From the human T2T-CHM13v2.0 reference genome, Homo sapiens: a DNA stretch of 64,000 nt. Below the pieces are notes generated by a model. The model was not told the origin of the DNA, ran no database searches, and was given only the letters and a program-made list of their open reading frames with translations. Below, piece after piece: positions 28,051 to 41,088 of this stretch; positions within the stretch are counted from its first letter, which is position 1; each line of letters opens with the position of its first letter. The stretch lies in the NCBI RefSeq assembly GCF_009914755.1, contig NC_060930.1; one strand, given 5' to 3'. The translations under genes were made by a program, and so were the position numbers.

Positions 28051-29789
28051 CTCAGATATGTGCCTTGGATCCATAGGCTGCTTCCACAACCAGATTTCTG
28101 GTTTTATCTACTCTGTTTGTTAGTGTTACTCTAAGATTTCAGTAGGCTTAATAGAAGTAAAAAAGATAAACAGTAGTGGTTCCATTACTAAGATAAAATC
28201 TTGGATAAGTTATACTCTACTATATTATCTCTAAGGTTCTTCATGGAATTCTAAACTAGTGTGATTTGAAGACATCATGAGAAGAGCTTTACTAAAACTA
28301 AAATGAAAACCTACAAGAATTATTACACTTAGGAATTGTTTTTTTTGTTTAGTTTTGCAGTTGCTTATGGTACTTTTGGATATAAAGTATTGAGATTTTT
28401 TTAACATTTACTTTTTATTCTTTCACAAAAACAGATGAGCTCGTTTCTGAAGAATGTATATTCCTAAGCTGTCAGCTTTCTGCGCGTGCTAGGTTCTCTC
28501 CCTTCATCCATCTTACCTGCCAAGAGAAAACTTCCCTCACCACAGAAGGCTGTTTGGGGACTGGGTAGTTTTGTATGCTAGATGTCTTACACAGTTACAC
28601 CTTCAAACACGTATTTTGTAACAGTCAGTACTTAGGTGGATTTTGGCCATTCATATTCTTTCTCTTTTCTTCTCTGAGTTAAAATAAAGCAAACCAATAT
28701 ACCCACATCTAAGGAATTCAGAGAAACACTATTCAAAAGTTACAAGTAAAGCAAAACTTCTTAAAAAGGCATATCCTTAATGAAAAAAAGTGTTTACTTT
28801 TTGTATTTAAAATTTAGTGATAAATTGTGCTTAGAAAGAAATATATAAAAATATATTTGGAAAAGGTACATCCAGAAAATCTTTATGCCTGATGGGTTGG
28901 TTTTGTCACTATACCTGTAGTGTTGTATCCATTAAAATAAAAAAATATTACTAGAAAAGTCAGGTTTCACCTGTTATAATATATCCACAATGTTATCCAT
29001 CCAGTTTGTGTATTTTTTTCATTCAGAGCATTGAGCCCGACTGAAGAGAAACTTAAGAAGGATCACAAAGCCAGTTTCCTTAATTGTACCTAGGAATGAA
29101 AATCATGGTAACAAGAATATCTGACATGTAATAAGGTTCCTTGTTAATTGTTAACTCTTTGAGTTGGACCTGGCTCCTTAAGCAAACATAACCTCAGTGG
29201 GCTAGGGCTTCTGCCCCCGCAGACCCAGTCTTAGGGACTAAGCTTGTAGACCAAGGAGGCCTCTTCCCCAAACTAGGAGAGTGGACTCACAGCAGGAGGG
29301 CTTTCACTGTCTCTTCAAACAGGAAGGGAAGGAATCGTGTTACTTAAACTGCTATTTTCACATAAAGAAGGCAGAGAAGGGGGACTGGTTCTGTAAATGT
29401 CTTTAAGATCACAGGGTAGCTGACCTGACTTTCTCAGCTGTTATTTTGCTTGTTTAACTGACCCGTTGTCTGAGCAGGTGTGTGGTGCCGCAAAGGATTG
29501 CTTAGGATAGCTGGCATAACTTTCCTTTCCGTCTGGAAAAAAGAGGGGCAAAGAGTAGGCCACAACAAGGCTTGGTTAGGAAGATTCTGGAGTCTGAGCC
29601 CTTGAAGGGGGAAATGATGCCGAAGTCTGAATTTTCTTTATAGAAGGCAAAATTATTTTTGAAAAGGTGAGTGGGTGGCCTATGAAGTATTTGGGGAATG
29701 GTGTTGCCTGTATATTTTCCAGGTAACCAGTTTGTTTTCTTAATTTTTCCATGTGTAAATTGGAGAATCAGAATTTACACGAAAAAATT

Positions 29790-30095
29790 AATGTTATGCT
29801 AATTGAAATAAACCACATTTAAAAAGACAAATATTATATAAGTCCACTTATTTGTGGTATCTGTGTCAAGTTCATAGACACAGAAAGTAGAACAGAGGTT
29901 ACCAGGGACTAGGGGTAGGGAGGAATGAATAGGGAGTTATTGTTTAATAGGTTTGGGGAGGATGAAAGTTCTGGAGATGGATACTGATGATGGTTGCCCC
30001 ACAGTGTGAATCTACTTAATGCCACTGAGCTGTACACTTAAAAGTGGTTAAAATGGTAAGTTTTATGCCATGTATATTTTACCACAATAAAGAAA
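29790..30095 (+). mobile_element. L1MB 3' end
   Basis: AGAAAGTAGAACAGAGGTTACCAGGG...GTTAAAATGGTAAGTTTTATG...TTTTACCACAATAAA. Confidence 0.85.
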
Positions 30096-30596
30096 TATCA
30101 GTTATTATAATATTGTTCAAAGACATATTTGTCATAAGATATACCAAAGGAAACCTGTAACAACTTGGTCCAGGGCCTAGAAGGCTAACATGATTAAGAC
30201 ATAGCAAGATTTTTTGCTTGTTTTTTCTTAAGTAGACTGAATATTTTGGCAAGATTTTTTTTACTCTATGGAAGATTTTCACATTCTTTGTTTTAAAGGT
30301 ATGGTCGTCTTGAATTTCTGGTTATTGATGCCTTTAATGTTTTTTTACGCTTCATGTTTACATTTAACTAACAATGTAAAAAATAACTATCAACTTGCTG
30401 TTAATAATGTATATCTTACCTTATCCGATTGTGGCATAGGAAAATATCTAGCGTATTAAATTAACAATTGTTTTGGATCCTCTGTTGGAAGACAGACTGT
30501 CTCCTTGATGATGCATTGGGTAGGATGGCAGATTTACACCCGAATACGTCTCAACTAGATGAGTAAAAATACATCACTTTAAAAATTCATGGTCAT

Positions 30597-30883
30597 GCCG
30601 GGCGTGGGGTGGCTCACACCTGTAAACCCAGCACTTTGGGAGGCCAAGGTAGATGGATCACGAAGTCAGGAGATCGAGACCATCCTGGCCAACATGGTAA
30701 AACCCCATCTCTACTAAAAATACAAAAATTAGCCAGGCATGGTGCACACCTGTAGTCCTAATTACTCAGGAGGCTGAGGCAGGAGAATCATTGAACTGGG
30801 AAGACTGAGGTTGCAGTGAGCTGAGATCACGCCACTGCACTCCAGCCTGTACAACAGAGTGAGACTCTATCTCAAAAAAAAAA
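30597..30883 (+). mobile_element. AluSc/Sg-like
   Basis: GGATCACGAAGTCAGGAGATCGAGACCATCCTGG; flanks share ATGGTCA. Confidence 0.9.
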
Positions 30884-31389
30884 AGTTATGGTCACTATTT
30901 AGAGGAAATTAAAACCTAAAAAAACCCTCAAATATTAAATATTATTTTTCACAAATTTACTTCCTAATTTTTGGAGTAGAATTTTATTTTAATTGCATTT
31001 TTATTTTAGAATGAATTGATTTTTAGATTTTATTCAGTTTAGGGAAACTGGACTCAATTTCATTTCTGCCTTCATCCGATAATTTTTATTTACACTGGTT
31101 TAGGAGCTTTGCCTATGGTGACCCTCTTCTTCTCTACTATCTCCCTGTCCCCAAAGAAGAAAAAGCCTTGTTGCAAATAATTTAATTTGAATTTCTAATC
31201 AAGTCGTTTTTGAATCAGACAGAAGACCTCTTAGTGAAAATTGTAACCCAGTTGGAAATTAAAATTAAAGCAACCAGAAATGTTGTCATAAGTAATCTTT
31301 TGTAAGTAGCCTTCTCCCCTTTATATGTTTTTTTCCTGTTGTATTTATAGTTTTAAAAAGAAAAAACACAGTTGAGACACCAATTTAGA

Positions 31390-31498
31390 AATACATAAGT
31401 ATTCTATTGTATCTATTATGTATTCTAATAGAATACATAAGTATTCTATTGTATCCATTATGTATTCTAATAGAATACATAAGTATTGTATTGTATCC
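31390..31498. repeat. AT-rich 42-bp tandem repeat (~2.6 copies) containing palindromes
   Basis: ATACATAAG recurs at 31391, 31433 and 31475. Confidence 0.9.
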
Positions 31499-34400
31499 TG
31501 TTTGTTTTAATTCTTGAAATACACTTATTGGCACCCAAGGACTCTTAGGAAACTTTAAAATGCCAACACTCTAAGGAGGCTCACTTGCTCTCCTTGGGAC
31601 CTAGTTATTGAGTAACAGGGTTGAAGCCAAAACTGAGTTCCCTGGTTGGCGAGGCTCCCTGAATACAAGTGTCTTGGCTAATGTCCTTTTTCGTGGTTTA
31701 TTTTACCAGTAGCACAGTGTGCCCACCACCCCCCAGCCCTCCACCCCCCACAATGTATACAATACTCTGGGTAGAAAGTTCATGCCTTAGAGCATCCTTA
31801 TCCCCTAGTTTACAGAGTGGTGAGATCTTTTGAATGAGTGTCTAGAGTACAAAGGTTATGAACCACTTGTAAAAAGTCACAGAATAAAAGCCCCTCTGGG
31901 GTTTCCTTGCAGAGCAGGATCATTGTGTTGGTCTCTTTTTTTTTTCATGGAGACTAGATTCGTAGATCATAGGTCATCTGTGTAAAGGATCAGTCTGCCT
32001 ATTGCTTGGTTAAGGGGTTGACCAAAGACTGATGGTGTCATGAGGTAGCTGTCATTATTTCATTGCAGCAGGGAAATAGAAAACAAGATCATCTCAACAT
32101 TTTTACAGAAACACGTATGTATAAAGAAAACTGAAGGAAGATACAAACTCAGGTATTTTACAAAATGAATTTTAAATGCTTTTTGACTCTGAAGTAAATG
32201 ATTTGCCTCTTAATCCTTCTTTAAAGCATTTAAAAATCTTTTGTGTGTATACCTGGTGTATTTATATAAAACTGAAAATCAGATTGCTACTTGTTCCTTT
32301 CTGTCTATCTCTCTCTCACTTAAAACTAATTCTGAATTGGGCAGGGGCAGATGGTGTCTTCAGTATTTGGCTTTTTTTCAAGATTTTCTTTTAAGAATAT
32401 GTCAAGTATTCTAAAGACCATTAGATGAATTAAAAAGCATGGCTCTTCTGCTAAAACAATAACTTCCATGTGTTTTCTTTTGTGCTTTACAAATGAATTT
32501 ATGAAAGACTTGGATATTTCAGCCTAAGAAGATCAGTGTCAGATTAATGTATAAGCTTTAAGAAGATAAGGACCATGTGCATTTTACTTCTTCAGGTAGA
32601 ACTAAGAATAGCTACAGGCAGTTTAATCAATTATTTAATGGTGATTGGAATGAACAATAGCTACACTTTTTAAGGAGAAAGAAGATGCTTAATGTAATGC
32701 TTTTCAAATTTTTCTATGCCATAAAAGGTATATATTTCTTTGATCTTTATGAGAATAGTGTATATGTGTTCTTTCATAAGCAAAAACATACTACTGATCC
32801 TTTGACAGAGTGGATACATATTCTGAATTCATAGTGAGAATAGGATTTTGACATTTCATACACATCATTTTACTGAAGACATCTCTAGCATGAATACTGG
32901 CAATTTGTTTATAATTTGGAACAAAATATATTGAAATGACCCATACTGCTATTGGACCTGTGATCTGGGTTTCATCAGCTAACTAGGACTTCTCAGTGTG
33001 GCCTGTCCTGGATTATCTGAGCCAAGGAAGGAAATAATTCTCACGAAGCATGACTAGTTAAAAATCACTGCTAATTGAACCTTCCTAGCATTTTGGCTGT
33101 TAGGATACTGGGCAGGGTCCTTAAATGTGTATCTGATAATACTTTGCAGTTTGATGAAGCAAAAAGTAGAGTTGGCTTTTACGGGAATTTTTTTCTTGGA
33201 TTTAGTTATATTTATGTGAACAAAATCTGATCATTACTTTGGGAAGATACATACATGTCTTGCATTATTATATACATGAGAGATATTATTAATCGGATCA
33301 GGGCCTAGCATGTGATTAGTAGCCTGGTTCACTATTATAACTAGTTGTCTTTACATCTCTTATGGTTTATTTACTTGTTAGAACACTTTAAATGGAAAAT
33401 GCTTGTCATTTGAGTATCTGAATCCTTAGAGGAAAAAAGAATGGAGTATGTGTCCCCTTGAAAAGCCTGCAGATTAGATTATCAGCACAGTTAATACGTA
33501 AGGGACCTTGTGTCTCCCTAACTTGCCAATATCTATTTGTTGAGTGTTGCAAGAGTTTGCTAATTAAACAGTTCACAAGATGCTTTGAGCAGAACTTGTG
33601 GACATTTCACCAATTGAACATTTTATTGCTGCCGTTGAAAAAAGCTAGTTGGTGTTTATTAACTAACTTTCTTGCCATGGTTCTGGAGAGTCATGGGTAC
33701 AGCTCTGGTCCCCGACTCTAGATTTTTAGAGCTCAGAGTCACTATTGACACTTTGCTTGCAAACGTGCCTGTTGTTACTTCAAGGCACAACCATCACTTT
33801 ACTGAACTTGCAAATATGAATTAAGTAACAAGATGCTTTTGACTGAGAGTCCAAATCAAATTAAAGCTGTGTGTGGGAGGGGATTGGGAGAAAGGCTCAT
33901 TCTTAAGAACAATTTTTTTTAACTCAAGGAAAAACACATTGTTTCAGATATAAAGGTAGGAACTGAGATATTTAAAATTAAAAGTAAATCCTTTCAGGTT
34001 AAGAATTTCCATCTCATAATTCCTTACAGATGAAGCTACAAAGCAGTTTTCTGTCATAATGTAAGCACAAACTTCCCTTACCCAGTCTTTGTGGTATAGC
34101 CCAGCAGGACTTGGGCTACTGGCCTTCCCACTCTGTTGTCCTGCAAGTGAGCCCTCAGCAGCGAAATGGGAGAAGCACGGAGAGTCTGCACTCACCCACA
34201 GATCCCTAAGAGGATAAGGACAGTTTCTGGCCTTCTCGTCCCTCACCGCCTTTGCAAGTGATTTGAATTGAATGAATTGGCCATTCCTAGAATGTAATTA
34301 GTAGGAATATTAATCTAGCCTTTATAAAGGTGGAAAAACTGCCCCACTCTTCAGACAGCATATCTGATCTGCTCCAGTATGTATCAACTTGCTTGGACTT

Positions 34401-36042
34401 TAATGCCTTCAGACCCAAAAGCCTGTTTATCAGCCACACACAACCGACTCAGAAACAGCAAGAGAAGCTCCTGCGAAGGAAGTAGGTTTGAGTCTATTTG
34501 CCCTTTGTTGTGGTCAGTAAAGGAACTACTTGTGCTTTTTAATTAGAAGGGTGGGACCAGATTTTTCTTAATTGCAGTTTGAGCTATAACACAAAGCATT
34601 TAAAGAATGACTTTTTAAAATAAATTCATTTACATTCTCTCCTGCATTCAACCCCTAACCTTTTCTTTGAATGACTTCTCATTTTCCACTTTTTCCTTAA
34701 CCCTTCCTTCAGAACATATTCAGCCTCCTCAGTTCTGAATAAGGTTTTGAAGCTCTAGTACTGCTTGTGTTTGTTATTTGGTTGGGAAGGTGCCCAAGTT
34801 GTACAAGGCCCTGGCAGGTGAGAATGCAGGGACAATGGGTGTGGCTTTTGTTTTCAGAATGTGGATTCACAAGTGCTCAAGGAATATGACTTCAGCACTA
34901 TACATTTTGAATAGCCAGAAAGGGTTCATCAGAAATTGCAGACAGCTGCTTGTACTACGTAGGATTTATCCTTAGAACTAGACAAGGAAATTTGTATTTC
35001 CTGTTTTAATTAGAAGGGACTTTCACAACATAAGAATAAAAGGCATGGTTTGCCCCAAAGACATGCATCTGCTTTATATAAAATAAATGCATTATAAGTG
35101 TGAGAAATTGCTTGAAGATGGCCATGATATTGAGAATATGCTGTGTATTTACTTTATAGTCATCTGAGGTTTTCTTTTCCAGTAAGGTTAAGAACCTCAA
35201 GAATTTTTATGAGTGGTTTAGAGAAAAGCATATTCAAGAACTGGTGTTAAAGTTGTATTTATATAGAAATGTGAAAAGAAGCCTTTTGCTTCATCCACCT
35301 GCCAGATATATTCACATATCTGTAGCCTTCTTTTATGGACCCTGAGAAGAGGCAGTGGTCCTTACTTTTTCACTATAATTTTTGGTTTGGAATGCATACT
35401 GAATGGAGTATAAGTAGATAGGAATATATTTGTTGGGGTATTTTTTTTCCTTCTGAATTTGTAGGATAATCTACTGGTTTACTGCACAATATTGATTTTT
35501 TTCTTCTCAGTAAATCAACCTTACATATGTCTATGCAGAGAATGCTAAATTCACTGTTTCAAAGGAAAGCATGTCAAAGAGCCATTTTTAAATCATTTGG
35601 AGTGACAGAGGATTCCTAACAGAACCATAAATCATCTTTTAAAATGATATTGGATGTAATCATCACTTAGTCTTTGCTCTATATGAAACTCAGTTTTTAT
35701 TCCTATACCTCTCTTACTCCCAGAAAATGTGCCTTAAACCTTAGATAATTCATTTTCCTTTTTAATTATACAAGTATAGGTAAGACAGAAAATGAGAGGT
35801 ATATTCTGAAAATCATAATTCAACTTTTGCTGTAAAAAGTAGATAGAACTTGATGCAAGTGAATTTGTGCCGGTTTCTCCTAACTTTCCCATTTGGGCAG
35901 GGGCACCACTTGATTGTATAGGTTTACAATTTTGAAATGCTTTGTAACTCTTCACCTCCTTGGCCTATTCTTACATTACATACCACCCTGCACCAATATT
36001 TGGCAAAAGTTATTTTCAACTCTCAAATGACTCTTGGGACAG

Positions 36043-36408
36043 CCTCTAAGTCAGTTTGAGCTGCTATACGAAGTACCACAGAGTGGGCAGCTTGTAAACA
36101 AAAGAAGTTTATTTCTCAGAGTTCTGGAGGCTGAGAAGTCCAAGATCAGGGTCCAGCCAAGTTGGGTTCTGGTGAAGGCCCTCTTCCAAGTTGCAGACAA
36201 CTTCTCACTTGTTGTATCCTCATGTGGATACAATCAGAGTGAGAGAACTCTCTGAGATTTCTTTTATAAGGCACTAATCCCATACACAAGAGCTCCACCC
36301 TCATTGCCACATTACCTCCCAAAGATCCTGCCTCCTAATATATCATATTGAGGGCTTAGGAGTTCAGCATGTGAATTTTGGGGGGACACAAACATTCAGT
36401 CCATTGCA
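36043..36408 (-). mobile_element. MLT1A/MLT1B-like MaLR solo LTR
   Basis: TTTATTTCTCAGAGTTCTGGAGGCTGAGAAGTCCAAGATCA...GGGGGACACAAACATTCAGTCCATTGCA. Confidence 0.85.
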
Positions 36409-36464
36409 GCCTCAAGACAATTGATTCTGGCCTCCATGTGCTTCCACTTTGGCATTCCCACTAG

Positions 36465-36775
<311 letters not shown>

Positions 36776-36894
36776 ACCAGCATATTTCTTTAACTTCATC
36801 TTCATAATGTCAGTGTCCTGTTCAAGAACTCATGGTTCTTAAAGATCACTCGATGAACCAAATTTAAATTTATAGCATTCAGAGTTGCCATCCA

Positions 36895-38960
36895 TCTAGT
36901 CAGTAATTCTTTTCATCCTACAAATATTTCTTGAGTACCTACATGTATCAAGCATTGTCCTAAGTGCTGAAGATACAGCAGTAAAAACAACACAGACAAA
37001 ACACCACAAGACCCCTGTTATTCTGTAACCCCAATAGGGGTTACATTCTAGAGGGAGAGACAGATAAATCAATAAACAAGCACATTAATTAATTCAATTT
37101 CAGGTAAGATAAAAAAGAGTGATTATGATAGTAGAAATAAAACAGTGTAAGGGAATAGAGAAACAGGCTAGGACACTATTTTAGATAGAGCTCTGTAGAC
37201 CAAAAAAGACTCTCTGAGGAGGTGGCATTTGAGTAGAGACTAATGAAATGAATGAGTGATCTGTGTCACGTGTGGTAGAAATTCAAAGGTGGGAATGTGC
37301 TTGTTTGTCAAAGAAATAGAAAAGGAAACAAACAAAACAAAAACCGTGTCTGGAGCCTAGAGAACAAGTGGGAGAATGAAAGGAGATGAGACCCAAGAGA
37401 TAGGTAGAACATGGAAGGGCCTGGTTTGTATACCTTGGCAAGTAAGGAGCTTTAATTTCATTCTGAGGATGATGGAAAGCCCTTGGCAAGTTTTACCATT
37501 GGAGTGACATGATGTGATTTATGCTTTCACAGATTTCTGAATGTAGATGAAGAATACATGGTAGAGGACAAGAAGGGAAGAGGAAGATCACTTAGTAGAC
37601 TCATTCATTCAACAGTCTAGGCAAATGATGACAGTGCCTTGGCTAAGATAGGAGTGGTAGAGATGGTGAGATATGTTTGGAGGATTTGGCAAATATTTGG
37701 AAGATAAAGCAAGTAAGACTTGCTGATGGATTGGATATAGGTGGTGGGGACGGAGATAGGGAGAATCATAAATAACTGATGATTCCTAAGTTCGATTTTG
37801 GTGGATGGAGGTGCCAATCACTGAGATTGGAAGATATGGAGAAGAGTAGCTTTGGAAAGAGAGAATCAGTTCTGTTTTGGATTAAGATTGATATGTCCAT
37901 AAAATGTCCAAATAAAGTTGGCAAGTAGGAAGCTGTTTATAGGAATCTGATGCTCAGGGGAGTGTTCCAGGCTGGAGATGAAAATCAGGAGTTGTCAGCA
38001 TGTAGTTAATGTATTCAATCCAGACAGTTATTTAAATTCAAATATTAGATGAAGTAGTTGAACTCCAAGTCATGCTATCTTTTCAAAAAGGAAAATGAGG
38101 ATCCAGCAAAGGACACTAGATGTAGTGGCCAGTGAGGAAGGAGGAAAACAGGAGAGTGGAATAGTCCAAAGTCATGTGAAGAATTTTCTCAAGAAGGAGA
38201 GCACGATTGTGTCAAGTGCTGCTCAGAGATAAACAAGCCGAAAACAGAAAATTGCCCATTCATTTGGTAACTTGGAAGTCACTGGTGAGCAGTGTGAAAG
38301 GTGATTTTAGTGCAATCATGGGTGAGAAAGCTTGATTGCAGAGCATTGGGGAGAGACTGAGATGAGAGGAAGTGGAGGCTGTAGACATAGATAACTCACT
38401 CGAGTACTAGGGATTGGCATAAGTAATGAAAGAGGAGGAACTATATAATAGAAAATTATATACAAGGAAGGATGGATCATAGACTTGAAGCTGGGTGATA
38501 AGGGAAGTGAGAACAAGTGGTAAATACTGGAGAATGAAAAAGTAGGGCAGTTGTTCATTGGATTGGAAGAGCTGATGTAATTTGAGGAATTTCTGGAGTC
38601 AAAGCAGTAAAAACGTGCTGGGAAGACTAAATAGGAGGAGGTTAGAGACAGAGGCTTTGGAGGACATGTGTTTCATGGCATGATGGCCATTAAGTGAACT
38701 GGGAGTGGGTGGCTGGGATGGGGATAAAGGGGGAGAAAACAATCAGATGATGACAGAGGTAACAAGAACTAATGGTAGGGAGGATGACAGTGAGCCAGAT
38801 GTGAAAGTCTTCCGTCATCAAGGGGGATAGACCAGGAGATCTGGGGATGATGGCAACAAGCAGAGGTGTAGCAGACACCTGATGTCATGTGCTTCAAAAG
38901 AACTGGGATTGGGATTGGGGGAAATGATCTGGAAGCAGTCAGAGAAGCAAGGAGAACCCC
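36895..38960 (-). mobile_element. Long L2 remnant
   Basis: Antisense L2 3' end (AAATATTTCTTGAGTACCTAC...GATACAGCAGT) continuing as purine-rich L2 body. Right boundary uncertain. Confidence 0.75.
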
Positions 38961-39026
38961 AACCTCAATGCCAAGTCCCCTGCTTCTCTTTCCGGTTTTT
39001 AGCCGGTGTCCCTGGATTTAGCCATG

Positions 39027-39273
39027 GCAGTTAGATGGTTCCACTGATCCGGACTGAGTGCCTTCCAGCAGTTCAGCAGTTAGATGGTTCCACTGATCCG
39101 GACTGAGTGCCTTCCAGCAGTTCAGCAGTTAGATGGTTCCACTGATCCGGACTGAGTGCCTTCCAGCAGTTCAGCAGTTAGATGGTTCCACTGATCCGGA
39201 CTGAGTGCCTTCCAGCAGTTCAGCAGTTAGATGGTTCCACTGATCCGGACTGAGTGCCTTCCAGCAGTTCAGC
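39027..39273. repeat. Perfect minisatellite, 5 x 49 bp (+2 bp)
   Basis: Unit GCAGTTAGATGGTTCCACTGATCCGGACTGAGTGCCTTCCAGCAGTTCA starts at 39027, 39076, 39125, 39174 and 39223 with no mismatches. Confidence 0.97.
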
Positions 39274-40967
39274 TCTGCCTTGTCCTTAAACACCTGGCTA
39301 AAGAGTTACATGCCTGCCAGGATGTCCCTGGTTTTCCTTCTGGCTGAATTCATCTGCAGTGGGCATGATAATCACGTCCCATAGCTCATTGTTATCTCAA
39401 ACATATTTTCCAGTATGTGATTAGATTCTGAGTTCCTCTACTTCATTTTGGCCACCCTCAACAAATTTGGCTCTTATACCCCAGCAACAAGTACTGTAGT
39501 GTAAGGACATGTGATTTCTTATTTGAGTTGAATGTCTTAATACGGAAATTGAAGCTTAGAGACATTGAGTGATGGGCTTAAGGCTTTCAGCTAATTAGGG
39601 GCAGAGGTCTTCATGCATTTTCAAGGCATTGGGAGATTTTGATGATATCCAACTGGCAAATTCAGCTCTGGCCCATCCATGATCATTTCTACTTTAGTTA
39701 ATGGAGTTAGAATTTAGACCTATCCAGGAGGCCTAGAAGTGAAGTGACAGACTTTAAAGCACCATTACAAGATATATTCAGGAGAGGATCTATCCTAAAG
39801 TTAATTCTGTTGATCCATTTTGATTATCAGATTGGCAAAGATGAAAATAGCTGAAAAATGCCAGTATAGGCAAGGGTGGGGGAAAAACAGCTGTCAGTGA
39901 GGTTGTGAATACATTCATCAGTGTTGCAGAGCAAGTGGGATGTATCTATTTAAAATTGTAAAAAAATCTTTTAGACCCCACTGTCTACATGGCTTGTTTT
40001 GATAATTCTTTTAGGATATTTATAGAGGTTCTTGATCATTTCAAATTTGGAACTGCCTATAGAATCTTAAAAATACATTTTTACTATACGGGAACAGATC
40101 TTTGTCATGTGCAGTATTTCTTTTTATTCTTCAAGATCTAAGTATTAAGGGTAATTTTCTATTTGTCCTTTGGAAAAGTGAAATTTTAATTTTTCTTCTC
40201 ATAGGGAAAGAAAATGTGTAATCCCTTCATGAGGCTAATCCATAACATGAAAATTCATATCTTGAAAGTGATTTTCCACTGATTTATACAGAATAATTTG
40301 AGATGTATTTCCAGTGCTCCAGATGCCTCTGCACAGTTGTTGATGGGAATGTGGAGGAAGCTGGCTCTTACTAAAGTAATTTTAGTGGGATGTATACAAA
40401 AAATATTGGCTGCACCTGGCCCTTTCTAAGAGTGAAATGTCCTTTATAGCAAATTGCTCTAACAAGAGTTATTCCTGTATAGAAAAGGTTTTGAATAGCT
40501 TTCAAAGCGTTTTCCAACATAACTCCCTACCCCTCCTCCAACACACACACCATTTTGAATCATAGGTTTTGACTAAGTTTTGGCTTGCTGCTGCTCAGCC
40601 TGCAACAGTTGGTTACTAAACGGGAGGACTACTAATGTGTTCAGAGAATAGTGGTTCTCTTCTGGTTGCTGATAGGAGGGTTTGTTGGGAAGGAATGGGA
40701 GTGTAAATGAATAATCAGTGCTGGTTTCTGTTTTTAAGAGTCAAAGGAAATGGCAGTCCCCTCTCATTTCACCTCCCACCCCCCAAAAACGCCTAAATGA
40801 AGATAGATGGATTCCCTTACCAGCAAAGGGCGAAGGGGATGCCCTCTATCTGCAATAGGAATGGCGGGGTGATTCGTGGGTCCCCGCAGATTTAGTCCTT
40901 TCGTTGTGTTGTTTTCCTGGGGCTTCCTGACTGTGACCACTGCTCAGCTCTTAAAACTTCTACCTTC

Positions 40968-40984
40968 AGGTCACGCGAAGGTCA
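40968..40984 (+). promoter_or_regulatory. Perfect DR5 (RAR/RXR-type response element)
   Basis: AGGTCA-cgcga-AGGTCA. Confidence 0.55.
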
Positions 40985-41088
40985 ATGTAAACTAACTCAA
41001 CACCTCCTTTCCAGATCCTTCTTCAAATGGCAAGAAAGACCAGGGGAAATAATGAGCTTGGATTTTCAAAGGCTGCTTTCTACACCAA
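40970..41088 (+). ncRNA. Candidate 119-bp non-coding exon
   Basis: Acceptor CTTCTACCTTCAG ending at 40969 and donor CAA|GTATGT at 41089. Confidence 0.35.

Noticed and set aside
31722-31749. Minus-strand G4 motif
   Set aside because: Meets the pattern but is isolated and of a common type.
39027-39273. CRISPR array or coding repeat
   Set aside because: Units are directly adjacent with no unique spacers, there are no cas genes, the context is primate, and the period is not a multiple of 3.
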